IMG/VR virus record: IMGVR_UViG_3300030098_005194
Location: 1-64,000 of that record
From: a virus
Reading direction: 5' to 3' (one strand)
Length of the DNA stretch: 64,000 bases
The notes beneath the pieces were generated by a model that saw only the letters and a list, made by a program, of their open reading frames with translations, was not told the origin of the DNA and did no database searches. Each line of letters starts with the position of its first letter. Position 1 is the first letter of the stretch. Below, piece after piece: positions 9,470 to 18,862 of the stretch. A program made the position numbers and the translations under genes.

Positions 9470-11199
9470 GGACGAGAGCAGAAAGAAAAGGATATGTGAA
9501 TTGGGACAGGGCTTTGAGCGCAGGTATAGTGGACGAGAAGGTTGCCTTCACGGACAACCAGACCCTCACCGACCTGACGCTGGGCAACACGAAAGAAACA
9601 ATGGGTAAGTGCTACCCAATGGACTTGGCAGTTGCCTACACATTGGCTTCGGTTGGACCGGACAAGATGTTGAATGCGGAGGATATGGTGAATGAGTACA
9701 CAAGAACTGCGTACGTGATGATGAGTGGCAAGGTCGGATGGGGTGAAGTCCCCAATCCCGATGGGCCAGTCTGTGGTCATGACATGGTGAATGCATGGTT
9801 GTACAAGTGGCCAGAAGCTAGACTGGACAAGCACGGCAGGATTTACTTTGCCAGTAACCACACATACAGGAGTGACTTCACGTTCAGGCTGAACGACAAA
9901 TTTGACCATCACTTCATGAACCCCGTGACTCTGATACACTCTGATACCTTCAAGAAATTGAAGGAGAAGATTGAGTCGGAGCTTGACGTAAAAGAATGGG
10001 GTGTATCAGGTGCGAGTGGTCACTTCCACAGGTCGCAGACATTCGGTGTGTGCAACGAGGCGATGATACCTGATGGCGAGAAGTGCGCACATCACTCCCC
10101 CACCTATGAGACAATGTGGTTCTTGATTAAGGACAATGATGACTACCGCACAATATGGGACGCAGGAGCCGTAAAGCGGGGGTGGAACAACGACCAGTTG
10201 CAGAGTCAATTCGGTTGGGGTGAGAGAAAAAGAATTTCACCTACGCAAGTGACTAGGTTCAGCGAAGTGAGGAGAAGACTAGCCCGTGAAGCTCCCTTGA
10301 AGGGAGTCATCAAGGAAATCAAGAAGTCCCTCACTAGGATGGGCAACTGGTCTTCCGATAGGAGCCTGATTGTGAATGACGCTTGGGAGGACAGGGACAT
10401 CAGCATACCGATTGGTGTGGACGAGAATGGAGAAGAGATGTATGAGAAGGGAGTTAGGCGAGTACCCACTAGGAGGGGCAAGTACACCAAGTACGGTTGG
10501 AAGGACTGGGACTGGGTTGCGAAGGTAGATGTGCAGATACAGGAGTCCAACACTAAAGCTAGGAAGGAAGGTGAGACGCAGTGTTCGATATGCTTCAGCA
10601 AGAATGTGAAGAACGACCTTGGACAAAGTTACTGTGAGTGTGGCAAGGGTTGGAAGTACAATAGATACGAAGTTGAGCGTATGCACGGCCATGAGATTGT
10701 GAAGTTCAGGTGGGAGCCAATAGAGGAGCCCAGTGTGTTTGGGTTCAGTGACTTTGAGTACAGTGGACTCTTCTTCAAGAAGATAAGCGAGGCAACCAAT
10801 GTGAGAAACATGTTCCACAAGGCTCTGAACCACTTCAATGGCACACAGAACAAAAACAGGGTCTGGGACAAAGAGGAGGGCAATTCAATACCTGTCAAGT
10901 TGGACAAAGTTTCAGAAAGAATGGGCATCTCGGAGATAATTCCCAGTGTACCGTTCACTTTACCTTGGGATGCTGACCCGGAATACATAGTTACACCCAC
11001 TGAGATATTACACAAACTGTGCTTTGGTTCTCCTGAAGATTGGGATGAGGCGTTTGAGATAGCTGATGTGCCATCAGCGATGAAATATTCCGGTGGCATG
11101 AGAGTCAGAATGAAGGCCAAGAATGCTGGTTACGTTTCTATGTGGTTGCACAGACCGGATGAGAAGGTAGCTGTTGTTGAAGAGGAGGTGGTAGCATGA
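9466..11199 (+). CDS. hypothetical protein (577 aa) with an internal Zn-ribbon-like CSIC...CEC
   Basis: ATGA coupling; GAGGTGA SD; no family recognised. Confidence 0.8.
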   Translation: MRTRAERKGYVNWDRALSAGIVDEKVAFTDNQTLTDLTLGNTKETMGKCYPMDLAVAYTLASVGPDKMLNAEDMVNEYTRTAYVMMSGKVGWGEVPNPDGPVCGHDMVNAWLYKWPEARLDKHGRIYFASNHTYRSDFTFRLNDKFDHHFMNPVTLIHSDTFKKLKEKIESELDVKEWGVSGASGHFHRSQTFGVCNEAMIPDGEKCAHHSPTYETMWFLIKDNDDYRTIWDAGAVKRGWNNDQLQSQFGWGERKRISPTQVTRFSEVRRRLAREAPLKGVIKEIKKSLTRMGNWSSDRSLIVNDAWEDRDISIPIGVDENGEEMYEKGVRRVPTRRGKYTKYGWKDWDWVAKVDVQIQESNTKARKEGETQCSICFSKNVKNDLGQSYCECGKGWKYNRYEVERMHGHEIVKFRWEPIEEPSVFGFSDFEYSGLFFKKISEATNVRNMFHKALNHFNGTQNKNRVWDKEEGNSIPVKLDKVSERMGISEIIPSVPFTLPWDADPEYIVTPTEILHKLCFGSPEDWDEAFEIADVPSAMKYSGGMRVRMKAKNAGYVSMWLHRPDEKVAVVEEEVVA

Positions 11200-13610
11200 G
11201 CGACGAGTTCGATGCAACTGACTTGTTCAAGGAGATGCTAGCGGAAGAGGACATTGAAGAGACTGTTGCGGTTGTGACCGACAAGAGGAGAGAGGCGATA
11301 AAGTCACAGAAGGCTACTGCGATATTGGACCTGATTGACTTGAGCTACGATGACGATACGCCGCTGTCACAAGTCGGCTATCACATGCCCACTACTGTTC
11401 CCCTCCTGTTGGATGACGACTTCGATGTGGTGGACAAGGCGTTTGAGAAATGCACTGAGAGAAAATACACGGATGTTATTGAGGATACTGCTTTCCTCAG
11501 AACGTGCCCGCTCACACCAAGACACGGTGTGTTGGAATCCCGTGCGGTGAACGAGTATAACATACTCGATGTGTGGGAGAGGCTTGTTGGAGTGATGAAG
11601 AAAGAAGACCCAGAGGGTTGCTTCCTGATGCAAGAGATGCTGAATGCGTACTCTAGTGCAGTGTTGCATCCCAATCAGTACGCCACACTTGGTCTGGGTC
11701 ATGATGGCGTCACGAACGAGAGTGGCTTGCAGTTGAAGTTTCTCATGAGTGACACCGAGGACTATCTGGCGAAGCACAAGATTGCTACTAAGTTGGGTTA
11801 CAAAGACGGGTTTGAGATGGAGTTCGTTGGTACTGAGGGTCATGACTTGCACTCTCAGAATCCTGACCCCGCTAGTGCCTATGCGTATCTGACACAAATC
11901 AGGCAAGCACCACCACCGAGCCCAATCAGCTCCCCGTTCCAGTACATGAGTGGAGATACGCTTGTGACTGCTGACACTGAGGGCTCAATACCACAAGGCA
12001 GTGTGAATGTGAAGAAGGTGTGGGAACCAGAGGGATTGGTCGAAGTCGCTTGGTTGGAAGCCAACATCACGAAGGGGAATGTCCCGAAGGGTTTCGTCAT
12101 TGCGCATGCCAATGGGTCAATGTCCTCACACATAGCTGCCCACGCAAGGGCTCATGGAATACCGTACATTGTGAGTGACAGTGTTAGTGTTGGCGATGTC
12201 TGGGTAGAGGGCAGTGCAGGTTGGGTAGCATGTGAGGATGGGCTCCCCATTGAACCCAGTCCTTACAACCCATACTCCAATGAGTACGCAGTGGCGTTCA
12301 TGTTGGGATTGAAATTGAGCAGAAGGGGGTATATGAGACAACATGGTTGGTTCGCTCACTTCTTCCACCAGTGGTTGGGTAAGAACGCAAATGGAAAGAC
12401 GAGTGCTATGCTAGCCGGAGTATTCGTAGGTTGGGTTGTGAAAGCAACTCTCTCCGTGTGCCTTGCAGAGATGAGACACTCCGAGAGAATCTGTGATGAG
12501 GCTAGCGTGGACATAGTACCTACCCTGCATGCGTTAGTGAGTCCGAATGTCGGTGTGAAGCCAGAGTGGTTTGCTGGACCTTCCCCACAAGAGATAGAGT
12601 GGACCAAGGTTGAGATGGACATGAGGGACAGAAACCACTGGTATGCCAAGATGGAGTACCTTGACTTGACCTACGTTGAGATAAGAGAGGCTCTGAGATG
12701 GTGTGCTAAGATGTTCAAGGATGGCTGGAAAGGTGGTTACGGCGGAGAGAAGTGGATGACCTGCGCTAATTCTGCGGCTGACATTGCAGATGCAATAATA
12801 CAGTTCGTGAATCACAAGAAGGATACCGGCACATTTGACATTGAGACGTTGATGAGAATCACCAGTATGGCTAACGAGGCTGAGAACTGGCAACACAACA
12901 ACGCTGGTCTGTTCACCAAGTTCCTGAGCATGGAGGCATTCGACTACGCAACCAAGAACGAGAAGACAGGAAAGGGTTTGTTCAGCCACAGGCCATCGTC
13001 AATCAGACACATGTTCCGCACCTTCCAGTTGTACAACATGCTTGTTTCAGGCAATGGTTACATGCCTCACCCACAGAGGCCACAGAACGACTGGTTGGAG
13101 ATACTGAACTTCGCTAACAACCAAGCGAATAACACGTTCTTTCGTACAAATCTGATATGTCAGAGCGAGAAAGTACCGATGTCCATCAGGGACAAGGCAA
13201 ATCAGCTAGGCCCCGAAAGGTTGCATCACTCCAATAAGTACACTATGAATGAGGATAACTTTGTTCCATGTGGACATGAGGAGTGCGAGAAGTGCAATAA
13301 GGTGAACTTGAATGAAGATGACAGTATTGGCGTTGACACAAGCATGTTGCTATCGGACGACTCTCCATCTGTGTTCTTCGCATTAGATGATAGCAAGTCA
13401 TCCCCCATTACATATGATGTTTGCAGGAAGATACGCATGAAGGAGTTTGTATCAGTGGAGGAATTTACAATGGCATGGAATGGACTAGTGAACACCGACA
13501 GGAGCCACAAATTGCTCAGGTCCCTGTTGGCGAAGAAGCTGAAGAAACAGATTGCGTTTGACGAAGAATGGATAGAGAGTCTGGGTACACTGATGGGAGG
13601 TGATGAGTAA
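11196..13610 (+). CDS. PEP-synthase/dikinase-like phosphotransferase: ATP-grasp-like region, phospho-His swivel domain, unknown C-terminal domain
   Basis: GSMSSHIAAHARAHGIPYIV matches the PEP-utiliser mobile-domain signature (GGxTSHAAIxARExGIP). FLRTC, FLMQEM..SSAV, EMEF and YLTQIR fall in the same order as PPDK_N ATP-grasp motifs. Confidence 0.7.
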   Translation: MSDEFDATDLFKEMLAEEDIEETVAVVTDKRREAIKSQKATAILDLIDLSYDDDTPLSQVGYHMPTTVPLLLDDDFDVVDKAFEKCTERKYTDVIEDTAFLRTCPLTPRHGVLESRAVNEYNILDVWERLVGVMKKEDPEGCFLMQEMLNAYSSAVLHPNQYATLGLGHDGVTNESGLQLKFLMSDTEDYLAKHKIATKLGYKDGFEMEFVGTEGHDLHSQNPDPASAYAYLTQIRQAPPPSPISSPFQYMSGDTLVTADTEGSIPQGSVNVKKVWEPEGLVEVAWLEANITKGNVPKGFVIAHANGSMSSHIAAHARAHGIPYIVSDSVSVGDVWVEGSAGWVACEDGLPIEPSPYNPYSNEYAVAFMLGLKLSRRGYMRQHGWFAHFFHQWLGKNANGKTSAMLAGVFVGWVVKATLSVCLAEMRHSERICDEASVDIVPTLHALVSPNVGVKPEWFAGPSPQEIEWTKVEMDMRDRNHWYAKMEYLDLTYVEIREALRWCAKMFKDGWKGGYGGEKWMTCANSAADIADAIIQFVNHKKDTGTFDIETLMRITSMANEAENWQHNNAGLFTKFLSMEAFDYATKNEKTGKGLFSHRPSSIRHMFRTFQLYNMLVSGNGYMPHPQRPQNDWLEILNFANNQANNTFFRTNLICQSEKVPMSIRDKANQLGPERLHHSNKYTMNEDNFVPCGHEECEKCNKVNLNEDDSIGVDTSMLLSDDSPSVFFALDDSKSSPITYDVCRKIRMKEFVSVEEFTMAWNGLVNTDRSHKLLRSLLAKKLKKQIAFDEEWIESLGTLMGGDE

Positions 13611-14719
13611 TGCCTATGTGTCACACAGGTAATCCAGTTGTGTTTGTCGCTGATGGTATCACCGTTCACGGTGGAGGCAACATGAGGAATGGTGCTTGGC
13701 AGAACATGGATAGTGTGCCGGATGTTGCTATTGGACCAGAAGGTGTCTTGCAGACCCGCTCAATCAGGGACAGTGTTCCTATGGGATGGTCGTGTGCTGA
13801 TGCATTCAACAAGACCAAGCTACCGAAGTTCGTGGTCATCGACTGGCCTGATTACAGCGTACCCACCAATGCGGGCAAAGAGTTCTGGGTAGCCTTGGTC
13901 AATGACTTGAGGGAACATGATGTCAAAACAGTGTCATGCTCTTGTGCAGGTGGCCACGGTAGGACTGGTGTTCAGTTGTGCATACTAGCCCATCTGATGT
14001 TGGACGAGAAGCAGTGGGAGGACGTGGCTGGTTTGATTGACCACATCAGGTCGGTCTATTGCACACACGCAGTGGAGACGCACGAACAGCAATTGTACAT
14101 TGCAGATGTCACAGGTCTGGAGCCCGGTGAAAATCTCTTCACTGGGGTTGACAGTCACGGGTTCGGTGGCTTCGCATTTGATGATATGGATTACGACGAG
14201 GATGATGACGAGGCTTTGCTTGAGGAGTTGAGGAAGAAAGCGAGCGAGAAGAAAAAGAAAACCAAGAGCAACATGTACAAGGGGACATTTCAGAAGGGGA
14301 TGGTTCTGCTAGGTTGCCCAACGTGTGACAACAGCGACTGGCATGAGTCCCCCGTTGAGAAGGGCTCCGTGAGATGTGGGTGTGGCACGGAGATGACCAA
14401 CATTGAGAACACTTTGAAGGAGCCTACTGTCAAGTGCTTTGAGTGTGGAGACGAGTATCATCCCCTTGAGATGCACAATGGTGAATGTAAGTATTGCTAC
14501 ATGTCGGCCATCGGTGCTGGTGGTAGTATAGTGTCCAACGGTAAAACACCCAAGGACAGGAAGTTCTGGTGTGTGGACACTGGTAGGGAGTGGCCACTGG
14601 CATGTAGCATATTGGACAAGGCAGGTGTCGTTGTGAGCGTGACGCCGAAGAAGACGAAGAAGACGAAGAAGGAGAAAACGAAGATAACAGATTACATAGG
14701 AGGAATGAAAGATGAATGA
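13610..14719 (+). CDS. protein tyrosine/dual-specificity (CX5R) phosphatase with Cys-rich C-terminal region
   Basis: WPD loop (IDWPDYSVP), P-loop CAGGHGRTG, AVETHEQ Q-loop-like; C-terminal CPTC, CGC, CFEC and CKYC; 1-nt TAATG overlap with the upstream gene. Confidence 0.85.
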   Translation: MPMCHTGNPVVFVADGITVHGGGNMRNGAWQNMDSVPDVAIGPEGVLQTRSIRDSVPMGWSCADAFNKTKLPKFVVIDWPDYSVPTNAGKEFWVALVNDLREHDVKTVSCSCAGGHGRTGVQLCILAHLMLDEKQWEDVAGLIDHIRSVYCTHAVETHEQQLYIADVTGLEPGENLFTGVDSHGFGGFAFDDMDYDEDDDEALLEELRKKASEKKKKTKSNMYKGTFQKGMVLLGCPTCDNSDWHESPVEKGSVRCGCGTEMTNIENTLKEPTVKCFECGDEYHPLEMHNGECKYCYMSAIGAGGSIVSNGKTPKDRKFWCVDTGREWPLACSILDKAGVVVSVTPKKTKKTKKEKTKITDYIGGMKDE

Positions 14720-15194
14720 GATAGAGATAGGAAAGAATGGAAAGATGCAAGTGAAAGTGGAGTATGATAGCGGGGAGGCTGAGATGCACGTGCAATGCGT
14801 CACTAAAGAAGTGGTGATGGGTCGCAACAGACACTACGGTTACTCAGTGAAGATAAAGCCACATGAGCAATTCTTCCAATGGTTGCGTGAGCAGGATGCG
14901 GTGTTGAGGTCAGCAGCCTCTGACAGATTGTTGTACACACCATTTGAGTTGATTGAGTATCAGAATGGCGACATTCAGATGTACGTACCGGGCAAGCCAG
15001 CTAATCATCCACAGGGTGCTGTGTTGGATTTATCGCCCAGTGACGAACGTGTGAAGAACCTGATTGTGTTTGCTAAGAAGGCGGGGTTGATTAAGACGGT
15101 TGACCACCCTGAGAGATGGACGCCTTCAGCGACTATGACACTTCAAACTTGGTTTAACGGTGATGTATTTGACACGTTGGAGGAAGAGGAATGA
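14712..15194 (+). CDS. hypothetical protein
   Basis: Overlap-coupled ORF with GGAGG SD. Confidence 0.75.
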   Translation: MNEIEIGKNGKMQVKVEYDSGEAEMHVQCVTKEVVMGRNRHYGYSVKIKPHEQFFQWLREQDAVLRSAASDRLLYTPFELIEYQNGDIQMYVPGKPANHPQGAVLDLSPSDERVKNLIVFAKKAGLIKTVDHPERWTPSATMTLQTWFNGDVFDTLEEEE

Positions 15195-16762
15195 AAGATT
15201 ATGGAGAAATAAACTGCGAAACATGCGATAAGACATTCACGAAATACAGAGTCAATGCTAAATTTTGTTGCCGTGAGTGCAAACTCGCAAAGAAAAGAGC
15301 AGACTATCGTAAGGCTAACCCCCCTAGAAAGCCGAAATTGGTTAGGATAGGGGAGGCAAAGGGTCGCACACAAGACCCAGAGGACCAGAGGGACATAATG
15401 AGAAAACTCAGGGTAGACATAGGATTTCCTGCCTCTGACACTCCATCGACGTGGCGCACTGAGGACTTGTACAAAGTCAAATCCAAAGAGTGGAACAAAG
15501 TCTTCAATCACACACACAGTGATTACTACTTGGGTTTCCTCGATATGTTCGCCATATTGTTCCCCAATGAGTTTAGTGAGATAGAACTATGGAGAGTGGA
15601 TAACAACAACAAGGTTGTGCAATTCACCAAAGCTAATGGTAAGCCTAACTACAAAGTGGTGTATCCCGTTCTAAGGACTTTCTGGAATGCATGGTCTGAA
15701 CACTTGGGTAGAACACCTACCTTGGATGATGTGTATGGAATTTGGGCTAGTTGGTTGTATGGTGAGGTGCGTGATACTTTCATGCCTGACTTTCCATACT
15801 CAGCACTCTTCAATGTGACTACTCCAACGAGTATGGCCCCTTATCATAGGGAAGATGCAGGGGACAGAGCCTATGACTTCGCTAGGGATTTGCACAAGTT
15901 CTTCCTACGTAGGGATGAGAGTGGTAGATTCACGAAAGATGACTGGGACGATATGATGTATATGATGGGTCGGGATAAGTTCGATACATCTAATGCACTA
16001 CTATGGAATGAGAATATGTCAAAGAGATGGATGACCGAGATAGCCCTACCTTGGCTTGGAATAAACCCGACTGGTTTTCCACATGATTCCGATAATGAAA
16101 CCATCCAAAAGTGCTATGCAACATCTCAGGAGTTTCTAGCAGACATACCAAAGTACGAGTCCTTCTGTAAAGTTACTTTTGGTATTGATAATGCAGGGTA
16201 TGGAATGGGTCGCATATGTATGCACCTATGGCCTGAATACGATTGGGATGACTTGCAGTTCGGTGCAGTGTTGATGGGGCAACAGAGAGTGACTAACTAT
16301 CTCAGAAACGCTTTCAGCACAGTCCACCATGAGTATAGAATGCCAATGAGAAATGGAAAGATTGCACGGTACAATGATACCAAGCGACCACTTAGGATAG
16401 ACTCCTTCATTGAAGATGGTGGTCTAGAAACAAGCATTGCATGTGAAGTCCAAGGTGGTCATCACTACGTGGGGTACAACACATCAGTGGATGAGAGAGA
16501 TTATCGTGTGGTGTTAGAGAGGGTGCAATGGTGCGATGCACAGAAGAAGAGGAAAGTAAAGAGGCAGGGACATCGTATGGTGTATATACCAATATCAGAT
16601 TATTGTCACCCTGTAAAGGGAGTGCATGGTAAGTTACCAAAGTGGAACTGGAAGTTGACGACCGCAGAAAACCCGAAGAAAGGTGCAGTTGGCCTTGCGG
16701 AGTTGTTTGAGATGCAAGGCGCAAAGGATGCGGCGAGAAGGATAAGGAGTATGACAGCATGA
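15191..16762 (+). CDS. Zn-finger plus PD-(D/E)xK (Vsr/DUF559-like) endonuclease, possible homing endonuclease
   Basis: N-terminal CETC...KFCCREC; C-terminal LRIDSFI...IACEVQGGHHY...DAQK. Confidence 0.6.
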   Translation: MKDYGEINCETCDKTFTKYRVNAKFCCRECKLAKKRADYRKANPPRKPKLVRIGEAKGRTQDPEDQRDIMRKLRVDIGFPASDTPSTWRTEDLYKVKSKEWNKVFNHTHSDYYLGFLDMFAILFPNEFSEIELWRVDNNNKVVQFTKANGKPNYKVVYPVLRTFWNAWSEHLGRTPTLDDVYGIWASWLYGEVRDTFMPDFPYSALFNVTTPTSMAPYHREDAGDRAYDFARDLHKFFLRRDESGRFTKDDWDDMMYMMGRDKFDTSNALLWNENMSKRWMTEIALPWLGINPTGFPHDSDNETIQKCYATSQEFLADIPKYESFCKVTFGIDNAGYGMGRICMHLWPEYDWDDLQFGAVLMGQQRVTNYLRNAFSTVHHEYRMPMRNGKIARYNDTKRPLRIDSFIEDGGLETSIACEVQGGHHYVGYNTSVDERDYRVVLERVQWCDAQKKRKVKRQGHRMVYIPISDYCHPVKGVHGKLPKWNWKLTTAENPKKGAVGLAELFEMQGAKDAARRIRSMTA

Positions 16763-17007
16763 GAGCAGATGATGTAAAATTGGATTTTGATGGAAGCATA
16801 GTGATTGGAGACACGATACACCCCATGGGTAGTACGATGTGGCAGATTGATGGGATTCCGTTTACTCCAGTAGAAGCAACTATAAACACATGTAAATGTC
16901 GAGAGCCTACGATTGTGTTATTTTGTGAGGAAAGGAACATTGTTGAGATATGTAAAAACTGCAATGAGATAAGGCTATACGAGCCGGAGAGTGAAAGAAA
17001 TGAGTGA
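16759..17007 (+). CDS. small Zn-ribbon-like protein
   Basis: CKC...CKNC; ATGA coupling. Confidence 0.65.
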   Translation: MRADDVKLDFDGSIVIGDTIHPMGSTMWQIDGIPFTPVEATINTCKCREPTIVLFCEERNIVEICKNCNEIRLYEPESERNE

Positions 17008-17719
17008 AAACAGAGATGGAATAATAAATTGGATGAATGAACAGAACAAGAACTGGGCTGAACAGCACTTTGCTAACATGCCCATGAATGGTGTTTGGGC
17101 TGGAGGTCTTGGCTTTGTGATGATGAAAAAATCAGATAGTCAGATTTCTCTAGTCTGTGCGATAGATGACCCTATAGTAAGAACAAATCTAGCAGGTCTA
17201 CAAGTTCTATTGTACGACTTGGGTTACAGCTACGAAGACTTGGACGCCTCTTGGTCAGACCCACCCCAGAGTGAGGAGGAGATGAGAGAGTTTGAGAGAG
17301 TGACTGAGCAATTGGTCATCAATAGTTGGAAGTGCGAGTGTGGTTATCCGATGATGGAGATTAACGTGAGTGATTGCTTTGCTAGGTACATAGAGACGGA
17401 AGAGGTACTGTTGGACAGTGGAGACACTGAAGAGGTCGAGATTTGGACTTACCCCCTGATTTGCACGTGTGGTAGAAGATTGGATGTGAATCCAGATGAC
17501 TTCATCAGAATGCATGGACAGGCAAAGATGCACACACATGACACACCAGATGGAGATGTGATACAAGCATACACCAGATACGAGATATGCAACTGCACTG
17601 ATGAGGAAAGGGAGAAGCTCTTCGTCGTTGGTGACTATTGGCCAGACGAGAGCAACAAACTACCGCCATGGATGAGAGGACTAGTCTGTGGCATCGCAGA
17701 TGGAGACGAAGAGGAATGA
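17000..17719 (+). CDS. hypothetical protein with CxC pairs
   Basis: CECG and CTCG; overlap-coupled. Confidence 0.75.
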   Translation: MSENRDGIINWMNEQNKNWAEQHFANMPMNGVWAGGLGFVMMKKSDSQISLVCAIDDPIVRTNLAGLQVLLYDLGYSYEDLDASWSDPPQSEEEMREFERVTEQLVINSWKCECGYPMMEINVSDCFARYIETEEVLLDSGDTEEVEIWTYPLICTCGRRLDVNPDDFIRMHGQAKMHTHDTPDGDVIQAYTRYEICNCTDEEREKLFVVGDYWPDESNKLPPWMRGLVCGIADGDEEE

Positions 17720-17988
17720 AGAACAAGTATAGATACAACAAATGTGTCTCTTGTAAGAAGAGAAGGAACCTAGTCTGGGACCCTGACCACAAGAGATGCT
17801 ACGATTGCTGGATGAAATACAGAGAGGAGCAGAAGAGATGTGAAGTGGAGACATGTGATAATGTTCTTGAGGATGGGGAAGGCACTACTATCTATCTCTT
17901 CAGCGATTGGGGTGATGTTGTTTGTGATGACTGCAATGAACAGTACAAGAACGGCGAATGGATACCAGACGTGGATGTGAGACATTGA
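17716..17988 (+). CDS. small double Zn-finger protein
   Basis: CVSC..CYDC and CEVETC..CDDC; ATGA overlap start. Confidence 0.7.
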   Translation: MKNKYRYNKCVSCKKRRNLVWDPDHKRCYDCWMKYREEQKRCEVETCDNVLEDGEGTTIYLFSDWGDVVCDDCNEQYKNGEWIPDVDVRH

Positions 17989-18113
17989 TAGCTAATTGTG
18001 GTGTGTGTGGTAAGAAAGCAAAAATTTGGACCACTCTTGATGATTATGATAAGAACGGCAGACACACACTAAGCACATTAGTATGTAAGGATTGTACATT
18101 GGAGGCGTTATGA
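17985..18113 (+). CDS. 42-aa Zn-finger microprotein (TTG start; not in the ORF track)
   Basis: MIANCGVCGKKAKIWTTLDDYDKNGRHTLSTLVCKDCTLEAL; TTGA and ATGA overlaps at its two ends. Confidence 0.65.
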   Translation: MIANCGVCGKKAKIWTTLDDYDKNGRHTLSTLVCKDCTLEAL

Positions 18114-18385
18114 TGAAGGAGATTTGGAGAACAGTTAGCATGGAAAGAAAGTGGAAGGACGGCAAGGGACATGTCGTTTTGAGTGTGCAACCATACTCAG
18201 GCAGAGTCTGGGTGGACATGAGAATGCACAACATGCATAGAGAGGAGGGCCCAACGCATACGAGAAATGGCTTCCGACTCTCTATAGAGCAAGCAGAGGA
18301 AATGGTGAATGCCATGCAAGTGGCAATCACGAAAGGAAAAGAGGAAAGGGAAAGAAATGAAAGGAAACGAGAGGAAAGCAGCTAG
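18110..18385 (+). CDS. PC4/YdbC-like ssDNA-binding protein
   Basis: VVLSVQPYSGRVWVDMR...PTHTRNGFRLSIEQ matches the PC4 pattern (Y.G...vDiR....PT.KG..L); GGAGG SD. Confidence 0.7.
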   Translation: MMKEIWRTVSMERKWKDGKGHVVLSVQPYSGRVWVDMRMHNMHREEGPTHTRNGFRLSIEQAEEMVNAMQVAITKGKEERERNERKREESS

Positions 18386-18626
18386 CATACCACACGCTGA
18401 GTATGAGATACTGAGGGTGCTGAAGAGCGAAGTTGATTTGAGTGAGCTAAAAGAAAGAATGACGAAGATACAGGTTAAGAACGAGAGGGACAAGAAGAGA
18501 CAAGTAACTCTCAATAGGAGGTTTGACAAGGCCGCTGAGAATCTGTGGGTTGTATTTAACAACATGATGGAGATTCGTAGAAAGAAGCTCCCAGAGAGTC
18601 ATCCCAGATACGAGGCGAGCGAATGA
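18357..18626 (+). CDS. hypothetical basic helical protein
   Basis: Overlapping coupled ORF. Confidence 0.7.
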   Translation: MKGNERKAASIPHAEYEILRVLKSEVDLSELKERMTKIQVKNERDKKRQVTLNRRFDKAAENLWVVFNNMMEIRRKKLPESHPRYEASE

Positions 18627-18862
18627 TGCAGCACATTGACATGGGAAATGGTCGTTTGTGTGGAAGCAAAAGCAGGACAGGTTACATGAGTGATGAGGAG
18701 TTTAGTGCATTGCCAAAGTGCCCTGCTTGTTTCAGTTTGGTCGAGGTGAAAATCGCTACACCAGAACCAACTCCTGCATTCAGGGATGTAGAATATAAAG
18801 CGAACGTAAACGTGGTTGGAAAACTAGTTTTGGACGACTATGCAAAGAAGGTGATAGAATGA
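18623..18862 (+). CDS. small His/Cys protein
   Basis: H...C...CPAC; ATGA coupling. Confidence 0.65.
   Translation: MMQHIDMGNGRLCGSKSRTGYMSDEEFSALPKCPACFSLVEVKIATPEPTPAFRDVEYKANVNVVGKLVLDDYAKKVIE

Noticed and set aside
11196-13610. Ordinary PEP synthase or PPDK auxiliary metabolic gene
   Set aside because: No C-terminal pyruvate/PEP-binding TIM-barrel motifs (such as SIGTNDL) are present
14645-14672. 9-nt tandem repeat GAAGAAGAC
   Set aside because: Simply encodes the KKTKKTKK linker; too short to imply a contingency locus
2560-17719. Recurrent acidic C-termini (GEEE, GDEE, GDDE) as a protein targeting tag
   Set aside because: Adequately explained by the next gene's GGAGG/GGTGA SD and purine-rich spacer being encoded in the last codons before ATGA overlaps
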